Assembly (NCBI GenBank): GCA_965205025.1
Contig: CBDBFU010000010.1
Location: 1-64,000, forward strand
DNA length: 64,000 nucleotides
Origin: Candidatus Poribacteria bacterium
GTDB lineage: Bacteria; Poribacteria; WGA-4E; WGA-3G
Direction: 5' to 3'
Shown: one piece after another, positions 30,031-41,181 of the stretch
Numbering within the stretch: position 1 is the first letter of the stretch
How the letters are laid out: each line of letters starts with the position of its first letter
The notes under the pieces: model-generated
Told to the model about the DNA's origin: nothing
What the model saw: only the letters and a program-made list of their open reading frames with translations
Database searches by the model: none
Made by a program: the position numbers and the translations under genes

Positions 30031-30060
30031 GTTCAGGAAAAGGTCCTGGATAAAAAACAA

Positions 30061-30279
30061 GGGTGTGTAAACTTTTTGTCACTAAATTCATAAATTGGAC
30101 AGAACGCTATGAAATTCAATATCTTACTTCTCATAAACATGTAAAAATTAGCGATTAATAAAAAACTGTGCCCCTCTATAGTAACGGTTTGTTGGATTCC
30201 TAAAGACCGATCTACTGTAAACTTCAATTATGTATTGTGTGCTGATAATTCGTTCCAAGTGACAAAAATTTTACACACC
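30061..30279. mobile_element. IS256-like-ended MITE with a 9-bp duplication
   Basis: GGGTGTGTAAACTTTTTGTCACT...AGTGACAAAAATTTTACACACC; AAAAAACAA on both sides. Confidence 0.85.
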
Positions 30280-31723
30280 AAAAAACAATATTAACTTGCA
30301 TAAGACCGATTATTATGTTATAATTTACGCTGTAATATCCTCACCGCTGACATTCAGTAATGAAACAATAATATGGCAATAATGATTCCAGATCAAATAC
30401 CTGACGGAGCTCCGCAGTCAGAAAAAATTATATTTAAAAACCTTATGTATGCCCCCCAAGCCAGAAATTGGGTGGTTTTTCATTCAGAATATGTGGACAA
30501 TCCCAACCATCCTATAAGACCGCGCGAAATTGATTTCCTGATTTTTACTGATAATTGTTCTGTCATCTGTCTTGAAGCAAAGGGCGGATCTTACGAGATC
30601 AATAATAGGGAATGGTATCGTCTGCCAGATCGAGAACTTGTACAACCTTCCCCTCCTGAACAAGCCCGAACTGCTATGTTTGCCTTGCAAAAGGAATTTG
30701 CTCCCCATTTTGGTTCCTCCTCTCTGCTTTCACTTGGATGCGCGGTTGCATTCACCGATTCCCAATTTCCACTTGACATAAGGAAGCCAAAACAGGCGTT
30801 AATAATAGAACGCCCTGACGCTCGAAATCCGGACAGACTAGCAAAGAAATTGGCGGATTATGCAGACGATCTGCCTACAAAACAAGTGAGAGAAATACTG
30901 GACACGAATCGGGAAAAATGTATGGAGGCATTGGAGGCATTGAACAATCTGCGATCTGAATTGGAGAAAACCATGATAATCGAACCACCGAAAACAATAT
31001 TCCGATCTGACTTGGAAACTCTTCGCCCGCAGCTGCTTCGATTGACGACTGCTCAACTTAACAGTTTGAACCGAGTTAGCATAAATGACCGTTGCGTGAT
31101 TGACGGTGCAGCAGGCACAGGCAAAACCGTGCTTGCTATGGAGCTTGCCCGACAACGTTGCGAAGAAGGTGATACTGTTGCCTTATTATGTAGCAATCCG
31201 TACCTGAGTTATCGTTTTGACAGGTGGACGAAGACACTCCCTAAGAACAGTGGAGGCAGAGTTGTAGCAGGCACACCGGCTACGCTACCGTCCTGGGTCT
31301 TCAGATCAGACAATGCTCTGAAGAACAAACATCAACGAAGGTTGGACAATTCACCTGAACTTGAAACATCATTAAAGCGCGGCTATCACCTAGATCACAA
31401 ATGGCCTTCATTCATAGATGAGACAGTTGAAGATTTAGGAGCAGGAGGTATTTTTGACTATCTGATCGTTGACGAGGCACAGAATCTATGCGATGAGATG
31501 TTCCTGAAATTGATGAACATATTGTTAAAAAACGGCTTAGCTGAGGGACATTGGACTATGTTTGGCGATTTCACCTACCAGAATATTGTTTCCCCCCATC
31601 TTACTCAGAATGGAAAGGATGTGCTAAAAAATTTTGGTCTCAACTGGTCAAATGATACATTACAAACTAATTGTCGAAACACACATGAAATAGCCGTTGA
31701 TGTTGCCAAGTACGTTGACATTA

Positions 31724-32627
31724 TAGTGGAAATCATAATTATTTGTACATTTTTACGATTTCATCGATTGACGCTTCAGCATTGTATTCCCATTTACGTT
31801 TTATGTTCGCGAAATCTCTTTCAATAGGATTGAGTTCAGGCGAATACGGAGGTAAAAAAAGTAAACTCGCACCACAGGCAGCAATCAATGCCTCTGTTTG
31901 CTGGCTTTTATGGAAAGACGCATTATCCAATATGACAACGTGTGATGCGTCAAGTAGTGGACACAGCACGCTCTCAAGCCACGCATTGAAGGCAAGCGCA
32001 TCACAAGCACCTTCAAAAAGTACAGGAGCCGTGAAACGCCCTTGTATTTGTGCAGCAATCAGCGTAGTGCATCTATACCGATTGCTTGAGATTTTATCCG
32101 ATACGCAAACCCCTCTTGGCGCATAAGCGAACTGACGAACACTTTCTGTGCTAAAACCGCTTTCATCAACAAAAACAGGTGTTTTTCCGTTCACAAGTGC
32201 TGTCTGAAGTTGGGTGAGATAGGCCTCCTGTTTGACTGGGCATTGTTCTTTATAGGTAAATGTCTTTTTTTCGCGTGCATCCGATCCGCTTCAGACCATA
32301 ACAGATACACCGCTGTGACACGCCAAAATGTGCAGCACGTTCCTTCTGCGTGCTGTCTGGGAATTCTTTGACATGTTCAGCGAGTGCTTCTGGGTCAAGC
32401 CGATAAGGTTTACGAGGCCCCGGTTTTTCATAAGTAAAAGGATCTACTGCGTCTAACCAGTTGTAGATAGATCTGCGTGAAACTTGAAATCTACGGGAAG
32501 CTTCTGCTTTACTACCACCTGCTGCTATGAAATCAAGAACGCGTTTTCGTAAGTCTGGTGAATATCTCATAATATAACTATTATCACAAAATCAGAAAAA
32601 ATGTAAAGGTGTTTTTGCTTTTAACTA
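31724..32627 (-). mobile_element. IS630-family insertion sequence, copy 1
   Basis: TA duplication at 31722-23 and 32628-29; imperfect IR; HTH ORF plus DDE ORF (VDESG, LDNA, LPPYSPELNPIE). Confidence 0.95.
31739..32570 (-). CDS. IS630 transposase, two ORFs joined by a predicted -1 frameshift
   Basis: ORFs 32250-32570 and 31739-32194; A7G slippery site at RKK; the -1 frame reads KKTFTYKEQ... into the DDE domain. Confidence 0.9.
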
Positions 32628-33274
32628 TAAATCGCCGCCGATGTCCGGCGTACACGGACCACTCGTTGAAATTGAATACTTCAAATCGCCTACTGAGTTA
32701 GTGGATACGATAGACAACCTGATACATGATTGGCAAAATAGAAACTTTCAGTCCGAGCAAACCATACTACTGTTTAGTGGCATCACCGATGAGTTTGATA
32801 CCAAACGCTCTTATATTGGTTGGGAACCTCTCAACATACGTGAAATTACAGAAGAAGTTGCCCCGGAAGACAAGGAAGGTGTTCTAGTTCCAAGTGCCTC
32901 TGCCTTTAAGAACACACTCAGGTACAGCGATATCTACGACTTTCAAGGATTGGAAAGTGATCTGGCCATTTTGGTTATTCCAGTAACTGATGATCAGGTT
33001 ATTTTGGAAGGAAATGTCGCGTTGGCACGCGAAGGTCACCTAAATCGAGTCCTTTACACAGGTATGAGCCGCGCTAAGACAATGCTCGTGATTGTCGCTC
33101 ATGAGAGTTACAAGGAAACCTTGGAACTGCGCGCGAATCTGTATCATAAACTAAAAAATTTACAAGAAGCGACGTAAGACCATTAGGACCTTGTCCTAAT
33201 ATCTATGGGCAGATAAATTTATTTCAGCAGACCTCTCTGTTTTGTGGAGGCTTTGTAGAACCGTTCTTGATGTA

Positions 33275-35767
33275 TTATCCTCGCTTTTTCAGGTTCTTAA
33301 GATGTCGCTTGACCTTTGCCTCCCTTATCTCATCGTCACAACCTAACTTCAAGACTATTTCAAAACATCTCTGGGCAGAAAGTCCATCATTTATAAACAA
33401 TTGGCGTATGCCTATGTAATAGTAACGGTTGACATCGTTTTCAGATAAACCGCTGATTATGCTATTTAATCGTACTATAATCTTGTCAAGCTCACTTCTC
33501 CCATAGTTGTCAACCTCATCCATTATCCAGTCTGCGAATTTACGATCAATCAAGTCAGTACCATATGGACAGAGCCTGACCGCGTTGTCGTAGTCCTCAA
33601 CGGCTTTGTCATAATCGCCTTTGTTGTCATAAGCGTACCCTCTGTTGATGTACAACCCAGCACTTTCAGGTTCAAGACTGATAGCTTGGTCGTAGTCTGC
33701 TATCGCCTTATCATAGTCTCCTTTATGATAGTGGTAGGTAGCCCCCCTGTTGTTGTATGCTGCTGCTGCATCTTTGGGGTCAAGTTTAATAACTTGGTCG
33801 TAATCTGCTATCGCCTTATCGTATTGCCTCTTCCTACTATAGGTATTACCCCTGTTTAGGTATGCCGCAACATTTTCAGGGTCAAATTTGATAGCTTGGT
33901 CGTAATCTGCTATCGCCTTATCATAGTCTCCTTTACGCCGGTAAATATTTCCTCTGTTGTTATATGCTCCAGCATCTTCAGGGGAAAATTTGATGACTTG
34001 GTCGTAATCCGCTATCGCCTTATCATAGTCTTCTTTTTCATCATAGGAATTGCCTCTATTTAGATATATCCCAACATTTTTAGGGTCGAGTTTGATAGCT
34101 TGACTGTAGTCCGTTATTGCTTTATCATAGTCATTCTTATGGTAGCGATAGACGTTGCCTCTGTTTAGGTATGCTGCGACACTTTTAGGATCAAGTTTGA
34201 TGGTTTGACTGTAGTCTGCTATAGCCTTATCAAAATCTTCTTTACGGCGATAGGCGTTTCCTCTGTCGTTATATATTCCAGCATCTTCAGGGGAAAGTTT
34301 GATGGCTTGGTTATAGTCTGCTATCGCTTTATCAAAATCTTCTTTACGACGATAGATATCCGCCCTGAGTAAATATCCTGCGATACTTTCAGGATCAAGT
34401 TCGATGGCTTGACTGCAGTCTGCTATCGCTTTATCAAAATCTCCTTTACGGCAATAGGCATTCCCTCTGTTGTTATATATTCCAGCATCTTCAGGGGAAA
34501 GTTCGATGGCTTGACTGTAGTCTGCTATAGCCTTATCAAAATCTTCTTTACGGCGATAGGCGTTTCCTCTGTTGTTATATATTCCAGCATCTTCAGGGGA
34601 AAGTTTGACGGCTTGACTGTAGTCTGCTATAGCCTTATCAAAATCTTCTTTACGGCGATAGGCGTTTCCTCTGTCGTTATATATTCCAGCATCTTCAGGG
34701 GAAAGTTCGATGGCTTGACTGTAGTCTGCTATAGCCTTATCATAATCTCCTTTACGGCGATAGATATCCGCCCTGAGTAAATATCCTGCGATACTTTCAG
34801 GATCAAGTTCGATGGCTTGACTGTAGTCTGCTATCGCTTTATCATAATCTCCTTTACGGCAATAGGCATTCCCTCTGTTGTTATATATTCCAGCATCTTC
34901 AGGGGAAAGTTCGATGGCTTGACTGTAGTCTGCTATAGCCTTATCATAATCTCCTTTGTGATCATGAGTAATTCCCCTATTGTTATATATTCCGGCATCT
35001 TCAGAGGAAAGTTTGATGGCTTGATCGTAGTCTGCTATAGCCTTATCATAATCTCCCTTCTCAAGATAAGCATCCGCCCTGAGTAAATATCCTGTGGCAT
35101 TTTCAGGGTCAAGTTCAATGGCTTGATCGTAGTTTGCCATCGCCTTATCATAATCTCCTTTACGACGATAGGCATTGCCTCTGTTGTTGCATATCCCAGC
35201 ATCTTCAGGGGAAAGTTTGATGGCTTGATCGTAGTCTGCTATAGCCTTATCATAATCTCCCTTTTCAAGATAAACATTCGCCCTAAGTAAATATCCTGTG
35301 GCATTTTCAGGGTCAAGTTCAATGGCTTGATCGTAGTCTACTATTGCTTTATCATGGTTTCCATTTTCAGCGTAGATGTTGCCCCTACTTAAGTATGCCC
35401 TGGTATCTTCAGGGTCAAGTTTGATAGTTTGGTCGTAGTCCGCTATAGCCTTATCATAGTCTCCTTTGCGACGGTGTACTATTCCTCTATATCTGTAGAT
35501 TCTAGTATATTTAGGGTCAAGTTTGATAGCTTGATCATAGTCCGCTATAGCCTTATCATAGTCTCCTTTTTCAGTATAAATGTTGCCTCTATTTAAGTAC
35601 GCTCTAGTACATTTAGGGTCAAGTTTGATAGCTTGATCATAGTCCGCTATCGCTTCATCATAGTCATTTTTTTCAGCGTAGATGTTGCCCCTACTTAAGT
35701 ATGCTTTGGCATCTTCAGGGTTGAGATGGATAATTTCGTCCAAGTCACGAATAGATTGATCATTCAT
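33275..35767 (-). CDS. TPR-array protein with ~21 near-identical repeats
   Basis: 34-aa/102-bp units of the type YNNRGNAY...DYDKAIADYSQAIEL.P. Confidence 0.95.
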   Translation of the reverse strand: MNDQSIRDLDEIIHLNPEDAKAYLSRGNIYAEKNDYDEAIADYDQAIKLDPKCTRAYLNRGNIYTEKGDYDKAIADYDQAIKLDPKYTRIYRYRGIVHRRKGDYDKAIADYDQTIKLDPEDTRAYLSRGNIYAENGNHDKAIVDYDQAIELDPENATGYLLRANVYLEKGDYDKAIADYDQAIKLSPEDAGICNNRGNAYRRKGDYDKAMANYDQAIELDPENATGYLLRADAYLEKGDYDKAIADYDQAIKLSSEDAGIYNNRGITHDHKGDYDKAIADYSQAIELSPEDAGIYNNRGNAYCRKGDYDKAIADYSQAIELDPESIAGYLLRADIYRRKGDYDKAIADYSQAIELSPEDAGIYNDRGNAYRRKEDFDKAIADYSQAVKLSPEDAGIYNNRGNAYRRKEDFDKAIADYSQAIELSPEDAGIYNNRGNAYCRKGDFDKAIADCSQAIELDPESIAGYLLRADIYRRKEDFDKAIADYNQAIKLSPEDAGIYNDRGNAYRRKEDFDKAIADYSQTIKLDPKSVAAYLNRGNVYRYHKNDYDKAITDYSQAIKLDPKNVGIYLNRGNSYDEKEDYDKAIADYDQVIKFSPEDAGAYNNRGNIYRRKGDYDKAIADYDQAIKFDPENVAAYLNRGNTYSRKRQYDKAIADYDQVIKLDPKDAAAAYNNRGATYHYHKGDYDKAIADYDQAISLEPESAGLYINRGYAYDNKGDYDKAVEDYDNAVRLCPYGTDLIDRKFADWIMDEVDNYGRSELDKIIVRLNSIISGLSENDVNRYYYIGIRQLFINDGLSAQRCFEIVLKLGCDDEIREAKVKRHLKNLKKRG

Positions 35768-36057
35768 GTAGCAATCTCTTTTCTCTGATTAACTTTATAT
35801 TCATACAGAGTCATTAAGTTTTAAATAGGACAGACAACTGGTCATAAATCTCTCTAATAAGGCAGATTGCATTGGGCGAGTACATAGCAAAACCGTACCT
35901 ACCCCAGTTTGAGGTGAAACCCAATTGAAGAAAATTGAAAAATATAAAAGTGAATATCTCTGATATTCATAGTGGGGACATCTATAACGCTCTGGTCGAT
36001 TTGAACCAAAATTTCATTATCGCATATTTTACAAAAAAGGTCAAATTTATTTCATTG

Positions 36058-36771
36058 TTATCCATTACACAACTCCGGCAATTCGGCAAGACTCTGAATC
36101 GTCTCTTCCCATCTACCAGTTTGTGTGTTGTCTCGGTCAAGCAATATCGGACGAATCCCGACCCTTTTCGCGCCTAAGATGTCGGCGTCAAAGGCATCAC
36201 CCACATGAACTGTTTCTTCAGCAGTGACTCCGACTTTCTTGAGAGTATACTCAAAGATATGTGGATCCGGTTTTGCTGACCGAACCCGCTCATCATGTGA
36301 AGCCGTGATCGTGTCAAAATAGTGGACAATACCGAGACGTTCTAATAACGGAAATAACGGTGTATCCCAATTTGAGACAATCGCTAACTTAAAGTTCGTT
36401 TCTCGTAAATGCTGTAGAGTAGGTATGACATCGTCATATAGTTTTGCATCTGTGACAGAAAAAAGCGGGTGTCCTGATTGCAGGAGTTCCCATGCAATTT
36501 GTTCCACATGATCCTGAATACCCAATTTTCTAATAAAATCACACTCCCGATTCATTGTAGTCATCACTGAATCAAGTAATGAATCCAGAACAGAATTGGA
36601 AGCTGGAGTTTCTACGAAAAGATCCTTTACTGCTATGTCATATATATCATAATTTTCCCAATTAACCACTATATCATAACTATTTACTATTCTTTTAAGA
36701 CTTGCTTTAAATGTACTCTCTCCCCAAACTGAGAGAGTCTTGTAAAAATCGAAAAATACTGTTTTTACCAT
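36058..36771 (-). CDS. HAD-IA family hydrolase, paralog 2
   Basis: FFDFYKTL, IVSNWD, KPDP, HVGDAFDAD. Confidence 0.9.
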   Translation of the reverse strand: MVKTVFFDFYKTLSVWGESTFKASLKRIVNSYDIVVNWENYDIYDIAVKDLFVETPASNSVLDSLLDSVMTTMNRECDFIRKLGIQDHVEQIAWELLQSGHPLFSVTDAKLYDDVIPTLQHLRETNFKLAIVSNWDTPLFPLLERLGIVHYFDTITASHDERVRSAKPDPHIFEYTLKKVGVTAEETVHVGDAFDADILGAKRVGIRPILLDRDNTQTGRWEETIQSLAELPELCNG

Positions 36772-36783
36772 AAATTTCTTGGT

Positions 36784-37500
36784 CTATACAGTACATGCCG
36801 AACCAGCAAGAAGTTCTGGCAATTCTGATAAAGTTTGAATCGTTTCATCCCATCTACCTTCTTGTGAACCAACGCGATCAATCAGAATTGGACGAATCCC
36901 AACACCTTGCGCACCTACGATATCCGCTTCAAAAGTATCACCAACATGAACTGTTTCTTCAGCAGTAACACCAACTTTCTTGAGAGTATACTCAAAGATA
37001 TGTGGATCCGGTTTTGCTGACCGAACCCGCTCATCATGTGAAGCCGTGATCGTGTCAAAATAGTGGACAATACCGAGACGTTCTAATAACGGAAATAACG
37101 GTGTATCCCAATTTGAGACAATCGCTAATTTATATCCATTCTCTTTCAGAAGTTTCAAAGTCGGAACAGTGTCATTGTAAAGAATAGCGTTATTCGCTCC
37201 AAAGAGTGAATGTTCGGATTGCAACAACTCCCATGTAATCTGTCCTACATGTTTTTCAACACCGAGTTGTTTGATAAATTCGCCATAACTTTTGACGATT
37301 TTTTCCATCGTCCCAATGAGTGAATGGGTTTTTGGATCTGATCCTGATGCATCCCCATACAAACTCCTGACCGCTACTGAGTATTTATCGCAATCAACTT
37401 CAAAATCATATCGTTCTGCAATCTTTTGAACTCTATCCTCAAGTGGCTGTCCCCAAACGCCTAAAGTGTAATAAAAATCAAAGAAAACCGCTTTTACCAT
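36784..37500 (-). CDS. HAD-IA family hydrolase, paralog 1
   Basis: FFDFYYTL, IVSNWD, KPDP, HVGDTFEAD. Confidence 0.9.
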   Translation of the reverse strand: MVKAVFFDFYYTLGVWGQPLEDRVQKIAERYDFEVDCDKYSVAVRSLYGDASGSDPKTHSLIGTMEKIVKSYGEFIKQLGVEKHVGQITWELLQSEHSLFGANNAILYNDTVPTLKLLKENGYKLAIVSNWDTPLFPLLERLGIVHYFDTITASHDERVRSAKPDPHIFEYTLKKVGVTAEETVHVGDTFEADIVGAQGVGIRPILIDRVGSQEGRWDETIQTLSELPELLAGSACTV

Positions 37501-37606
37501 AATTTTCAGGTCAAACGCCTATGCCTTCAAACACAAACAATCGCTCCGTGAATGTGCGTTGAATACTCGTCTGAAAAGGCGGTAGGGTTGGTCTTATCGC
37601 GTACCT

Positions 37607-38479
37607 TCATTCAAAAAGCTTTTCAGTAAAAGCATCAAGGTTTTCCGCGTTTACAGCAGTGAGAAGTAGCTGCTCAAGTCGTTGTAAATCGTCTATATCT
37701 TGCAATGCGGGGTCTATGGCGCGCACCGCCTCTACGTGGAATTTCGCATTGAGTACTGTCATGAGACTCTTAAGGGTGGCCTCTTTGGTTCCTTGTTCAA
37801 TAAACTTCTCGCGTCGGCGTTGTTCAAAAGGTGATTCTTGCATAAGTGCCTCCGGTATACGTTCAAATAAATTTGTCCCATGTATGAGACTCCCGAAGAC
37901 CGAGAGCCCATAAAGTAAACTTCCTTTCGTTGCTGGATCAACAGATGCATCCACCGTTGCATCTATACATTGTCCTACCCATTGCTCAGATGTCATATCA
38001 TCAGGGGGTTTCATGAGTGGTGTGAACGGCAACAAGCCCGGCAGTTGTGCCTCTAAAATCGATTGTCCCTCTATATCGATCAACCGTATCACCTTATAAC
38101 TGAAATGGTAATCGTAACCATTCCAACTATACGTATAACCCCCTGGATCGTTTTTTCCTGCATCTGGATGAAAGTAAATCACGTTGGAGTAGACAGGCAT
38201 TTGATGTTCACCGACGAGATATCCATGATAGCTGGCGTTTCGTGCCCACATCGGTTTTTCTGTGCTGTCGTGGAGTTGTAATTCAATGTGTAGAACAGCT
38301 TCGTGAGTGTCCAATCGGACACGCTTTGTGATATCTGTCCGAAACGCACGGACCAGTTGTTGTTCGGTGTCAAGGTCTGCAAGTACTTCAACATCCGGTA
38401 CATTTAAGACAAACTGTGCGATTTCGTTAATTTGTTCATTCAGGATGTCTTTTCCGGTCGTATCGTATTCTTGTGCCAT
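37607..38479 (-). CDS. Rpn-family recombination-promoting nuclease / PD-(D/E)xK putative transposase
   Basis: RTD...LHIELQ; GLLPFTPLM; MQESPFE; DUF4351-like tail. Confidence 0.8.
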   Translation of the reverse strand: MAQEYDTTGKDILNEQINEIAQFVLNVPDVEVLADLDTEQQLVRAFRTDITKRVRLDTHEAVLHIELQLHDSTEKPMWARNASYHGYLVGEHQMPVYSNVIYFHPDAGKNDPGGYTYSWNGYDYHFSYKVIRLIDIEGQSILEAQLPGLLPFTPLMKPPDDMTSEQWVGQCIDATVDASVDPATKGSLLYGLSVFGSLIHGTNLFERIPEALMQESPFEQRRREKFIEQGTKEATLKSLMTVLNAKFHVEAVRAIDPALQDIDDLQRLEQLLLTAVNAENLDAFTEKLFE

Positions 38480-38627
38480 AGGTATTATACAATCGGTTGC
38501 TGCGAACTGTCAAGTGAGAAAATTATCAGAATTAATTCGCGTTTTAGTTTTTAAGGCATCAAGGCTATCAAGGAGAAAGGAATTATCAAACATCAAAGCA
38601 CTGCTATCAGAAGTTATGTTCCCTCGT

Positions 38628-39347
38628 TCAAATATAGTGTGTTGGATCGGGGATGCCTGCGTCTTTAAAGCCTCTCTTTCGGAGCAAGCAGCTATCACAT
38701 CTCCCACACGCTCTACCATCAGCATCAGGGTCATAACAACTTAAAGTGAGGCTATAATCAACACCGAGATCCGTTCCGATTTTTATTATTTCTGCCTTTG
38801 TTTTGTCAATCAGCGGGGTACATATTGTTAGTTTTGTTTTACCTTCTACACCGGCTTGTGTTGCAAGGTTCGCCATCTTCTGATATGCCTTTATATATTC
38901 TGGACGGCAATCTGGATAACCACTATAGTCAACAGCATTGACTCCAATGAAAATAGTATGGGATGAAAGCACTTCTGCCCAGGATAGTGCATAGGAGAGA
39001 AAGATGGTATTTCTGGCGGGAACGTAGGTAATAGGTATACCTGAAGTCATTACCTCTTCAGTTCGATCTTTAGGTACATCAATATCAGCGGTTAATGCAG
39101 ATGCACCAAATAAACGAAGATCTATATCAATGATAGTATGTTGTTTTGCTCCCAATAACCTTGCATTGTTTTCAGCACATCTAAGTTCAACATTGTTTCT
39201 CTGTCCATATCGAAAGCTCAAGGCGTAGGTGTCAAATCCTTCCGAACGCGCAATTGCTAAAGTAGTTGTGGAATCCAATCCACCACTTAACAATACAACA
39301 GCCTTGGGGAGATCCTGAAGATTGTGAGAAGTTGGTGTGGTTGACAA
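38628..39347 (-). CDS. queC: 7-cyano-7-deazaguanine synthase
   Basis: [26 protein letters not shown]...CGRCDSC. Confidence 0.97.
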   Translation of the reverse strand: MSTTPTSHNLQDLPKAVVLLSGGLDSTTTLAIARSEGFDTYALSFRYGQRNNVELRCAENNARLLGAKQHTIIDIDLRLFGASALTADIDVPKDRTEEVMTSGIPITYVPARNTIFLSYALSWAEVLSSHTIFIGVNAVDYSGYPDCRPEYIKAYQKMANLATQAGVEGKTKLTICTPLIDKTKAEIIKIGTDLGVDYSLTLSCYDPDADGRACGRCDSCLLRKRGFKDAGIPDPTHYI

Positions 39348-39405
39348 TTCTTAATCCATTATATTTAGGGGTAGCCATGTGCCACCCCTAAATAACTTGA
39401 TATGC

Positions 39406-39933
39406 TTATTCTTGTTCAAACTCAAGCTTGGCAAACCGTAGAAAAATACCGCCACCAGGTCTGGCAAACGGACCGTTGACAGCTAAACATGCCAACACAT
39501 GTTCAGCACCAGGTTCTGCACTTTCGGACACAATAACTCTTTGCGGAGCGTTAAAACCTGATGCAGCACCACGTCCAGATTTACCAAATGCCAAGTCAAT
39601 TTCACCATCAACCCAGACTTCTCCGTAATCATCAATACAGGTATGAAACCACACTTTAGAGCCAGCGATTGATTTTCCATCAACCTCTTCAGGTAAAGTG
39701 ACAGTTATACGATACCAACCAAAACAGAATCCTGTTGAGACGACCTCTTGTATATTTTCACAGACATCCCAACCTGAATCGTCATAATCAGCGAGTCGTG
39801 CCGGTGTTTCCTGCATTTGATCGACCAACCCACCATTAGGTTCACCGGGAACAAGTCCGTCAGCATAACGCCATTGGGCATTTGTAAGGTCAAGATGTTC
39901 AGCATTTTCTAAATCAAGTTCAGCAATAATCAT
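39406..39933 (-). CDS. Galactose-binding-like domain protein (GH2 sugar-binding-type fold)
   Basis: YDDSGW, GWYR, IDDYGEVWVDG; GGAAGGA RBS before MIIAEL. Confidence 0.7.
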   Translation of the reverse strand: MIIAELDLENAEHLDLTNAQWRYADGLVPGEPNGGLVDQMQETPARLADYDDSGWDVCENIQEVVSTGFCFGWYRITVTLPEEVDGKSIAGSKVWFHTCIDDYGEVWVDGEIDLAFGKSGRGAASGFNAPQRVIVSESAEPGAEHVLACLAVNGPFARPGGGIFLRFAKLEFEQE

Positions 39934-39946
39934 GGAAGTTCCTTCC

Positions 39947-41125
39947 TTATTTTTTATGAGTAACCAAAAGTTTATAGGCAATATAGGTTGAACAAATCAG
40001 GAATAATCCTGCAACAATAAAAGGTGTATGAATAGAAATATTAATTAGAATTCCACTTAGAACATATCCGAAAAGAAATCCAGTGCTCCACGCTAAATGC
40101 GTGAGACCGACACCGTGTCCTTTCTCTTCAGAATCCGTAAACTCATTAATGAATCTTGGAATAGTGGTTGAAAGTCCCCACGCTGCACCAGCTCCCAGTA
40201 TCCCAAATACCTCAAGGGCAACGAATGAATTGTGAAAGACCGCTAAACCGAAAGCAAGAATTGTGATGATAGCATTTGTAAATAGGGCAGGTATACGATG
40301 CCCTACTGCATCACAGATTCTACCAACAGCGAATTGACATGTAAAGGCAAACAGCAAACTGAAAGTTCCGTAATAACCGGTAGCTCTTTCTCCAGCGATA
40401 CGATGAATCAGTATCGGCATTAGAAGATTTACTGAACCCCAATAGTATGTTGGAAACACCCGTAACCCTATCAGCATCCACATATCAGAACGACGTAATA
40501 GATCGAAATATTTGCCTTTATTCAGGGTTGATTTCCAACTTCCCTCCTTTGTCTGTGGGTTATCACTTGTTCTATTAAGACGGGGTAAGAATATACAAGC
40601 ACCTATAAATACAAATCCTGATAGGATTATAGAACCAATACCAAAATTACTGAAATGTTGCCGAGATATTATTTCTCCAGCAATTGCATTTCCAATGGCG
40701 CTTCCAACTGTACTGCTGATAAAGTAGAGACCGGTTGCTGACCCTAATCGTTCAGGGGTTACTGAACTAATAAGGTATGTTTGCCCTCCTGCAGTTTTGA
40801 ATCCTGATGCAACACCTTCATAGCACAAAATACCCCAGATGAATAAAGGTATTTCTGTAGTGAATAGACTCCCAATTACAACAGCACCAGTTATACCGAT
40901 GAGTAATGTCGGTTTTCTACCAAACCGGTCACATAGCTTACCTCCGATGAGTGCTGTAATACCACCAAGTCCAATTGGAATTGCACGTAATAATGCTGCA
41001 TATAATGGGTTTTCACCCAAGACTTCTTCTGTGTATACTGGAAAGAATAGATGTACAGGACCTGTAATCAATCCAATTACAAACACGATGATGCAGAGAG
41101 AAAGAAAACCTCGACTCCACATCAA
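39947..41125 (-). CDS. MFS transporter
   Basis: GKLCDRFGRK motif A; about 12 TM helices. Confidence 0.92.
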   Translation of the reverse strand: MMWSRGFLSLCIIVFVIGLITGPVHLFFPVYTEEVLGENPLYAALLRAIPIGLGGITALIGGKLCDRFGRKPTLLIGITGAVVIGSLFTTEIPLFIWGILCYEGVASGFKTAGGQTYLISSVTPERLGSATGLYFISSTVGSAIGNAIAGEIISRQHFSNFGIGSIILSGFVFIGACIFLPRLNRTSDNPQTKEGSWKSTLNKGKYFDLLRRSDMWMLIGLRVFPTYYWGSVNLLMPILIHRIAGERATGYYGTFSLLFAFTCQFAVGRICDAVGHRIPALFTNAIITILAFGLAVFHNSFVALEVFGILGAGAAWGLSTTIPRFINEFTDSEEKGHGVGLTHLAWSTGFLFGYVLSGILINISIHTPFIVAGLFLICSTYIAYKLLVTHKK

Positions 41126-41181
41126 ATTACGTCACTTGTGGTCATACTAAGCCTGTCTATCTTACTTGTTTCTGGTGATAT

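Larger units (their letters stand above)
30373..33177 (+). pseudogene. NERD nuclease-SF1 helicase fusion interrupted by IS630
   Basis: EIDFLI...LEAKGG; GAAGTGKT; DEAQ; NCRNT; FQGLESD; YTGMSRA. Excising the IS restores the frame VDIKSPPMSG (632 aa). Confidence 0.9.

Noticed and set aside
33275-35767. CRISPR array or DGR in the 102-bp repeats
   Set aside because: The repeats are contiguous in-frame TPR codons with no unique spacers. There is no reverse transcriptase and no adenine-specific TR/VR pair.
38628-39347. queC as part of a Dpd or QatABCD defence system
   Set aside because: Canonical length and motifs, with no dpdA, TatD or qat ATPase neighbours.
39348-39405. preQ1 riboswitch upstream of queC
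   Set aside because: Only a simple TATTTAGGGGT/ACCCCTAAATA hairpin; the preQ1-I loop consensus and A-rich tail are absent.
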